Shown: piece after piece, positions 12,223 to 18,324 of the stretch | How positions within the stretch are numbered: position 1 is the stretch's first letter | Layout of the letters: every line of letters begins with the position of its first letter | Translations under genes and position numbers: made by a program | From: an uncultured Pseudomonadota bacterium | GTDB taxonomy: Bacteria; BMS3Abin14 | Length of the DNA: 20,875 nt | Reading direction: 5' to 3' | NCBI GenBank assembly: GCA_964454175.1 | Contig: CAYVSA010000035.1 | Location: forward strand, 1 to 20,875 | The notes under the pieces: generated by a model | The model's database searches: none | What the model saw: the letters and a program-made list of their open reading frames with translations, nothing else | Told to the model about the DNA's origin: nothing

Positions 12223-13611
12223 TTATACTTCTTCAATTTTTTTCGTTAGCGAATCTATGGTTTTATTGTAATCTGTGTCGTTTGAAAGGATATTTTCAAC
12301 TTTTTGAAGGGCGTGAATTACCGTCGTGTGATCCCTTCCACCGAAGTGCCTGCCGATCTCCGGAAGGGAAAGATCAGTTAGTTGTCGCGTCAGATACATT
12401 GCGCCATGACGGGGCAGGATAAAGGTTTTGTGTTTTTTCTTTGACTTCAGGTCGCTGACCTTCAGGTTGTAGAAAGAGGCGACCTCTTTTTGTATCTGGT
12501 CTACTGTTATGATCCTTTTTTTCTGTTCCAGAAAGTTTTTGAGTGACTCCTGGACCAACCCCATTGTAACCAGCCTGGCTTTTTTTATCGTAGCGAATGC
12601 AATGATGCGCAGCAAATAACCTTCCAACTCCCGGATATTCGAAGTTGTGTTCTCTGCCAGGAAAAGGGACACATCTTTTGGAAGAGAGATCCCGGAGAGT
12701 TCGGCCTTCTTTTCAAGGATGGCCACCTTTGTCTCCAGGTCCGGGGGCTGAATGTCTGCCACAAGACCCCACTCAAAACGGGACCTTAAGCGTTCCTCCA
12801 GGTCCGGTATCTCCCTCGGAAACTTGTCAGAGGAGACCACTATCTGTTTGTGGGAGTCAAAGAGAGTGTTGAAGGTGTGAAAGAATTCTTCCTGTGTTCT
12901 TTCCTTGCCTGCTATGAACTGGATATCGTCAACCAGAAGGACATCCATGTTGCGATACATCTCCCTGAACTGAACCATCCTGTCAAAGCGAAGAGAATTT
13001 ATAAGGTCGTTCATGAACCTTTCTGACGAAAGATAACAGAGCTTTGCAGAGCGGTTCTGTTGTTGTACAAAATGACCAATGGCATGCATGAGGTGGGTTT
13101 TTCCAAGGCCAACACCTCCGTAGATAAAAAGAGGGTTGTAAGATCTTGCAGGGTTCTCTGCCACGGCCATTGAAGCGGCGTGAGCAAACTGGTTTGACGA
13201 ACCAACAACAAAAGAGCCGAACGTGTATTTGGGATTAAGGCTTCTGTTCCCGTTGTGGTGCCCGTGGTTTTCCTGGTGATTCGCTGCAGGGTGTTTGATC
13301 GCCCCTTCTGTAGTGTTTGCCGTTGGAGGGACGGGCGCGGGCGCGGAGACAGATTCAGAAACAGTACCATCACCAATAATTATTTTTATTCCCATGCTGC
13401 CGCCGGAAAGGGACTGGATGATCCTGGTGAGCGTGGTCATGTAGTTCTCCTCTATCCAGTCACGGATAAAGGAGTCGGGCGCTTCAAGGATCAGGGTTTC
13501 GCCGTTGACTTTCCTTGGTTCAAGGGGACCGAACCACGTGTTGTATATGTGGGTGTTTACCTCGTCTTTGAGGGAGTCAAGAACTCTATTCCACAGGTCG
13601 GCAGCAGGCAT
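12223..13611 (-). CDS. dnaA: Chromosomal replication initiator DnaA
   Basis: YNPLFIYGGVGLGKTHL (Walker A), LLVDDIQF (Walker B), RL.SRF..GL, NIRELEG, domain IV SLPEIG..FGGRDHTTVIHA. Confidence 0.99.
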   Translation of the reverse strand: MPAADLWNRVLDSLKDEVNTHIYNTWFGPLEPRKVNGETLILEAPDSFIRDWIEENYMTTLTRIIQSLSGGSMGIKIIIGDGTVSESVSAPAPVPPTANTTEGAIKHPAANHQENHGHHNGNRSLNPKYTFGSFVVGSSNQFAHAASMAVAENPARSYNPLFIYGGVGLGKTHLMHAIGHFVQQQNRSAKLCYLSSERFMNDLINSLRFDRMVQFREMYRNMDVLLVDDIQFIAGKERTQEEFFHTFNTLFDSHKQIVVSSDKFPREIPDLEERLRSRFEWGLVADIQPPDLETKVAILEKKAELSGISLPKDVSLFLAENTTSNIRELEGYLLRIIAFATIKKARLVTMGLVQESLKNFLEQKKRIITVDQIQKEVASFYNLKVSDLKSKKKHKTFILPRHGAMYLTRQLTDLSLPEIGRHFGGRDHTTVIHALQKVENILSNDTDYNKTIDSLTKKIEEV

Positions 13612-13789
13612 TTTCCGTTTCTTTACAGTGAGTTCGCACCGGTGGGGGGATGCACATGCCCCCCGTATTTACACACAGGGTATTCCACAGGTGTGGAAAG
13701 GTCAAATTATATTTTAAAAACAACAGGTTAAGGGCCTCAAAGGCGGTACTGGCAGGTCTGTCTCCCGATACCTGTAGATTTGTGGAATA
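13587..13789. promoter_or_regulatory. DnaA-box cluster upstream of and inside the 5' end of dnaA (autoregulation or second oriC sub-region)
   Basis: TATTCCACA 13587 (in CDS), TTACACACA 13669, TATTCCACA 13681, TGTGGAAAG 13692, TGTGGAATA 13781. Confidence 0.8.
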
Positions 13790-13938
13790 GAAGCAAAAAA
13801 AAAAGTGTTATCGGTAACTTAAACCATCCACTCCGCGGTGGAGATACACTCCTGATGCTTCGTCCACCGGGCAAACTCGAAAGCGATTGTTAGAATGACT
13901 GGCTTTCTCCCGACACCCCGGAAAAAGGGGTGACTTTC

Positions 13939-13968
13939 TGTATAACAGATGGTCTCAGAAATGGGCAA
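13939..13968 (-). promoter_or_regulatory. Putative dnaA promoter
   Basis: - strand reads TTGCCC (13968-13963), 18 nt, extended -10 TG-T-TATACA (13944-13939). Same TATACAGA as the csp promoter. Confidence 0.5.
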
Positions 13969-14037
13969 GGGAAATTGACGATGTTTGATGAAAAACAGAT
14001 ATGTTTTTCAGGAAAATGGTGCTCGATCATTAACAAT

Positions 14038-14053
14038 ATACACTATGTAGTAG
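14038..14053. promoter_or_regulatory. NrdR-box-like site ATACACTATGTAGTAG
   Basis: Fits the NrdR consensus acaCwAtATaTwGtgt at all but one strongly conserved position. No strong partner box seen. Confidence 0.5.
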
Positions 14054-14211
14054 AATCGTTGATCGGAGGCCACTTGAACTAATTAGTCGGGACACCCTTC
14101 GGGGGCCCTTCCCTGTGCGCCGGGAAAAAGGGCATTGCTATTTGCCCGCAGCGAAGCACACAAGGTGTGCGAATCAGAAGTATATGCCAGGCCCTTTGCC
14201 AGACTATGTCC

Positions 14212-14242
14212 TTGAACAACACGGTTTTCTCTGATATATAGT
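14212..14242 (+). promoter_or_regulatory. Putative rpmH operon promoter
   Basis: TTGAAC (14212), 17 nt, TG-A-TATATA (14235), or TATAGT (14237) with a 19-nt spacer. Confidence 0.45.
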
Positions 14243-14333
14243 TGCGTTCCGTTTTCGTTTACAGGTAAATGTGCTATCCATAAGGATCATAGCGTCCGGC
14301 GAGTGCCGGAAAAAAATATCGGGAGGCAGGGCC

Positions 14334-14468
14334 TTGAAGAGAACATATCAACCGAGCAATATATCCCGCAAAAGAACGCATGGGTTCAGACTGCGCATGA
14401 GAACTAAATCCGGCCGCCTGGTTCTGAAGAGGAGACGAGCCAGGGGCAGAAAGCGCCTTTCCGTCTGA
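14334..14468 (+). CDS. rpmH: 50S ribosomal protein L34 (44 aa)
   Basis: MKRTYQPS...[27 protein letters not shown] start 7 nt after GGAGG (14322-14326). Confidence 0.98.
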   Translation: MKRTYQPSNISRKRTHGFRLRMRTKSGRLVLKRRRARGRKRLSV

Positions 14469-14842
14469 CCAGTAAGGCTAAAGGTCTGGGTTTTCCCAGG
14501 GCCGTGCACCTTCGCAGCCGTCAGGATTACCTGAGGGTTCAGAAAAAGGGCAGGGTTGCAAGGGGACGCCTCCTGATCCTGATATCAATGGAAAACGGAT
14601 TGCCCGCTACAAGGTTCGGCCTGACCGTATCAGGAAAGCTGGGCAACGCTGTAAAAAGGAACAGGCTGCGAAGGCGGATCAGGGAGATAGAGCGAATTAA
14701 CAGACACGAAATCAAACCAGGGTTCGATATTATTGCAATAGCCAGGGTTCCAGCTGGGACAGCAGATTTTTCAGAGATAGAAAAGGAGTATCTCGCTCTG
14801 ACAGAAAGCGCGGGACTCCGCACAAAGGAAAAAGGAAGTTGA
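14465..14842 (+). CDS. rnpA: Ribonuclease P protein component (start uncertain: CTG 14465 favoured over GTG 14504)
   Basis: [25 protein letters not shown] (RNR motif). The conserved N-terminal F-P-R-x-x-(R/H)-L motif begins upstream of the GTG. Confidence 0.93.
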   Translation: MTSKAKGLGFPRAVHLRSRQDYLRVQKKGRVARGRLLILISMENGLPATRFGLTVSGKLGNAVKRNRLRRRIREIERINRHEIKPGFDIIAIARVPAGTADFSEIEKEYLALTESAGLRTKEKGS

Positions 14843-15072
14843 ACCATTTGTTTATAAGGGTAATTTCTTTTTACAGAAAGTGGGTGTCTCCGGCCAAACC
14901 GGCATCGTGCCGCTTTCTGCCAACTTGTTCCGAATACGCTATTGAAGCGCTCGAACTACACGGCTGCCTTAAAGGTACTGCGCTGACCTTCAGCAGGCTT
15001 GCGCGGTGCCATCCCCTGGCCAGGGGCGGGCTGGACCCCGTCCCCGGTCACGGTGTTCGGAAGGAAATATAG
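14839..15072 (+). CDS. yidD: Membrane protein insertion efficiency factor YidD
   Basis: Y...VSP....CRF.PTCSEYA.EA...HG..KG......RL.RCHP...GG.DPVP. TTGA overlap with rnpA. Confidence 0.96.
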   Translation: MNHLFIRVISFYRKWVSPAKPASCRFLPTCSEYAIEALELHGCLKGTALTFSRLARCHPLARGGLDPVPGHGVRKEI

Positions 15073-16758
15073 ATGCAGGACCAATCAAAAAGGCTTTTTC
15101 TTGCCATAGCGCTCTCCTTCGGTTTCCTTTTCTTTTATCAGATGTATTTTGTCGGCCCTATGCAGGAAGAGGCCCGGAAACAGCAGGCCGTAGAGACTGA
15201 GGCTGTAAAGACCCCACCCGAGGTCGAGACAGAGGCCGTTAAACTTGTAGAGACAGCCGGGACAGAGTCGGCTGCACTCGAAGCCAGCGAAGAAAAGCTT
15301 ATAACCGTAGATACGCCTTTTTTCAATGCTGTACTGACAAACCGGGGCGGAGTGCTTAAGAGCGTAGTTCTTAAAAAGTTCCTTCTCGACAAGAACGATC
15401 CGACCTCCAGGGTACAGCTTGTCAAAGAACCCTCCGGAACCGATCTGCCCCTTGCCGTTGAGGTGACGGGGGTCGGAGGACCGCTGGGATTTGCCGGAGC
15501 GCTTTACCAGGCTGAGGGCAGCGACCTGTCTCTGGAAACAGGACAAAAAGGCTCGGTGTCTTTCCGGTACAGGACAAGTGACGGGCTGGAGCTTTCAAAG
15601 ACATTCAGTTTTTCAGGGGATTCTTACTCAGTTGACACACGGGTAAGGGTTGCCAACAGGAGGCCGGAATCGGTGTCAGGCCGCCTGGCTCTGAACTGGG
15701 CCCCCGGCCTTGAAGTACTGAACCAGAAATCAGCCAGCCGGATGACCAGCAGATATGGATTTACCGGCGCTGTTGTTCGCACTGATGGAAAATCAAAGAA
15801 GATCAAGGGTAAGAAGCTGACAGGAACGGAGTTCTATGAGGAAGTGCCTGACTGGGTCGCCAGCCAGGACATGTACTTTGTGGCTGCCATGCTGCCAAGA
15901 AACGGCTCGGAAAGAGCTTTTGTAAGAAAGATGCCCGACGGGAGGGTGGGCATCGGGATGTATAAGCAGCTCAAGCTTGATCCTGGTACTGCGGTGGAAA
16001 TGAAGGTCCTGACGTACATGGGCCCCAAGGAAATGGATTCCCTCAAGGCCGTGGACCCGTCCCTTACCGAAACCATCGACATGGGCATGTTTGCCTTTAT
16101 TGCCAAGCCCCTCATGGTCCTACTGAACTATTTCTACCGCTATGTGGGCAACTACGGTACCGCGATCATAATACTCACCATTATCATCAAGATCGCCTTT
16201 ATCCCGTTTTCTAACGCCAGCTTCAAGTCCATGCGCAAGATGTCCAGGCTCCAGCCCCAGATGAAAGCCCTCAGGGATCGCTACAAGAAGGACAAGGAAA
16301 AACTCAACCAGGAGATCATGGGTCTGTACCGGGAACACAAGGTCAATCCGGCAGGTGGCTGTCTGCCGATCCTCGTTCAGATACCTGTGTTCTTTGCCCT
16401 CTACAGAGCACTGCTCGGAGCTATAGAACTCAGACACGCACCGTTTATATTCTGGATAACCGACCTCTCTGCAAAAGACCCGCTTTACATAACACCTATT
16501 GTGATGGGCGCTACAATGTTCCTCCAGCAGAAGATGTCACCGGCAACCGGTGATCCGAGGCAGCAGCAGATCATGTTGTTCATGCCGATTGTCTTCACTG
16601 CGCTGTTCGTCAACCTTCCTTCCGGTCTTGTCCTCTACTGGACAGTGAATAATATCCTCACTATTGGCCATCAGTACTTTATGCTAAAGGAAAAGAAAGA
16701 GGAGGTTGCAGAGGAGCCAGCGCCAACCGGGAAAAAGGCAAAAAAGAACAGGCAGTAA
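15073..16758 (+). CDS. yidC: Membrane protein insertase YidC (Gram-negative type with periplasmic domain)
   Basis: N-terminal TM anchor, periplasmic domain ending YMGPK, GNYG.AII.LT, NPAGGCLP.L.Q.P.F, W..DLS..DP, PSGLVLYW. Confidence 0.98.
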   Translation: MQDQSKRLFLAIALSFGFLFFYQMYFVGPMQEEARKQQAVETEAVKTPPEVETEAVKLVETAGTESAALEASEEKLITVDTPFFNAVLTNRGGVLKSVVLKKFLLDKNDPTSRVQLVKEPSGTDLPLAVEVTGVGGPLGFAGALYQAEGSDLSLETGQKGSVSFRYRTSDGLELSKTFSFSGDSYSVDTRVRVANRRPESVSGRLALNWAPGLEVLNQKSASRMTSRYGFTGAVVRTDGKSKKIKGKKLTGTEFYEEVPDWVASQDMYFVAAMLPRNGSERAFVRKMPDGRVGIGMYKQLKLDPGTAVEMKVLTYMGPKEMDSLKAVDPSLTETIDMGMFAFIAKPLMVLLNYFYRYVGNYGTAIIILTIIIKIAFIPFSNASFKSMRKMSRLQPQMKALRDRYKKDKEKLNQEIMGLYREHKVNPAGGCLPILVQIPVFFALYRALLGAIELRHAPFIFWITDLSAKDPLYITPIVMGATMFLQQKMSPATGDPRQQQIMLFMPIVFTALFVNLPSGLVLYWTVNNILTIGHQYFMLKEKKEEVAEEPAPTGKKAKKNRQ

Positions 16759-16779
16759 AAACGGTTTCTCTCCAGGATA

Positions 16780-18138
16780 GTGCCGCACGAAGATACAATT
16801 GCCGCAATTTCAACACCCCCGGGCGGAGGGGTGGGAATGGTAAGGGTAACCGGTCCAAACGCGACCTCCCTGGGCATGCGGATATTTACGCCAGCTGAAA
16901 AGTGGTCCGGTACCAGACCTGCTCCCTACCGGGCTTTCGTCGGCAGAACACACCCACCTGATAACCCTGCAGAATCCATAGACCATGCGGTCTTTACCTG
17001 TTTTCAGGCCCCCAGATCCTACACGGGGGAAGACACGGTAGAGATCACTACCCACGGCGGGGCTGTTATTTTGCGCGCGGTGCTCCAGGCGGCTGTGGAT
17101 GCAGGCGCCAGGCTGGCGGACCCGGGAGAGTTTACCCGCAGGGCCTACATGAACGGCAGGCTCGATCTTGCCCAGGCAGAGTCGGTGGCCTCCCTGGTGA
17201 GTGCGGCAACTGACGAGGCCAGGAAAGTCATGCTCAGGCAGCTTGACGGGGCCCTTTCCACCGAGACAGCGAGAATAAAGGAAGCCCTGGTGGAGGCAAA
17301 AGTCCTGGTGGAGTCAGCAATAGACTTTCCCGAGGATGTACCTGAAACGGACACCGGGACGATCAGAGGGCTCCTTGACCTGTCTGCCGGGCTGGCTGCT
17401 GAACTACTCCTGACCTCAGGGGTAGGCATTGCTCTTTCCCGGGGGCTGTCGGTCGCCATAGCGGGAACGCCTAACGTTGGCAAATCAAGCCTTCTGAACG
17501 CCCTGCTGCAGGAAGAAAGGGCCATTGTTCACGAAATGCCGGGCACAACGAGGGATTTTATCGAAGGGCAGGTGGACATTAAAGGGGTGGTTCTGAGGGT
17601 ACTGGATACTGCCGGGGTCCGGGATGACGCTGGCGCTGTCGAGGTTAAGGGGATCTTGAGGACCAGGGAGATACTGCGCTCAGCAGACCTTATAGTAGTG
17701 CTCCTTGACGGATCAAGGGAGGCGGGGTCCGGTGACATGAGCCTTCTCAGGGAAACAGAGAACAGGAAGAGAATTATAGCGGTCAACAAAGCAGACCTTC
17801 CGCAGGCCGCCCCTGCCAGAGAGGATGGCGTGCTCAGGGTTTCAGCAAAGACCGGCCAGGGATTGAAAGAGCTGAAGGAAGCCATCTATGAAAAGTGTTG
17901 CGGCAGCTCGCTTCCCTCGGGAGAGGCTGTCGTGACTTCACTTCGGCAAAAAAGTGCTCTCGAGGATACTCTGGCCTCCTGCGGGAGGGCCATAGAGTCT
18001 CTTTCCTCGAGTGCCTCACCCGAACTCCTGGCTGTGGACATTGACGCGGCCCTTTTGAGTCTCGGAGAGCTGGTTGGAGACGTAACGTCTCAGGAGATCC
18101 TGGACAGGATCTTTTCGAGTTTCTGCATAGGAAAATGA
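16780..18138 (+). CDS. mnmE: tRNA modification GTPase MnmE/TrmE
   Basis: DTIAAISTP.G, PRSYTGED, GEFTRRA..NGR.DL.QAE, G1 GTPNVGKS, PGTTRD, DTAG, NKAD, C-terminal FCIGK. Confidence 0.98.
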   Translation: MPHEDTIAAISTPPGGGVGMVRVTGPNATSLGMRIFTPAEKWSGTRPAPYRAFVGRTHPPDNPAESIDHAVFTCFQAPRSYTGEDTVEITTHGGAVILRAVLQAAVDAGARLADPGEFTRRAYMNGRLDLAQAESVASLVSAATDEARKVMLRQLDGALSTETARIKEALVEAKVLVESAIDFPEDVPETDTGTIRGLLDLSAGLAAELLLTSGVGIALSRGLSVAIAGTPNVGKSSLLNALLQEERAIVHEMPGTTRDFIEGQVDIKGVVLRVLDTAGVRDDAGAVEVKGILRTREILRSADLIVVLLDGSREAGSGDMSLLRETENRKRIIAVNKADLPQAAPAREDGVLRVSAKTGQGLKELKEAIYEKCCGSSLPSGEAVVTSLRQKSALEDTLASCGRAIESLSSSASPELLAVDIDAALLSLGELVGDVTSQEILDRIFSSFCIGK

Positions 18139-18301
18139 GTTGATATTTCCAATGGGTAACACAGTGCGGTACGAGCAGTTGGCAAAAACAGGAATAATTA
18201 CATAATTGTAATACAAGGCTGGAGTTCGTGGAGATCTGTAAATTAATAAATGCAGCCCCAGTAGGGCGAAAACAGGACCGAAAAGCTGCAGCAAACGAGG
18301 G

Positions 18302-18317
18302 TGTTTCACGTGAAACA
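18302..18317. promoter_or_regulatory. parS: parS centromere site (TGTTTCACGTGAAACA)
   Basis: Perfect 16-bp palindrome matching the ParB/Spo0J consensus, about 6 kb from oriC, next to mnmG-rsmG. Confidence 0.95.
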
Positions 18318-18324
18318 AACCGGC

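Noticed and set aside
13869-13905. c-di-GMP-I riboswitch suggested by GGGCAAAC..GAAA
   Set aside because: It lacks a proper P2 stem and the following ACGCAAA/P3 elements.
14151-14157. GCGAAGC extra-stable DNA mini-hairpin known from phage origins and promoters
   Set aside because: A 7-mer is expected by chance a few times in 21 kb, and it also occurs at 20206.
14130-14202. Sigma54 promoters (TGGCA/GGGCA...TTGC)
   Set aside because: GG-to-GC spacing is 11 rather than 10, or the -12 GC is absent, in each candidate.
14295-14316. TCCGGC-GAGT-GCCGGA-A6 as an intrinsic terminator
   Set aside because: No U tract follows the hairpin on either strand. It is more likely an rpmH leader hairpin, and the 65-aa extended L34 ORF is likewise not credible.
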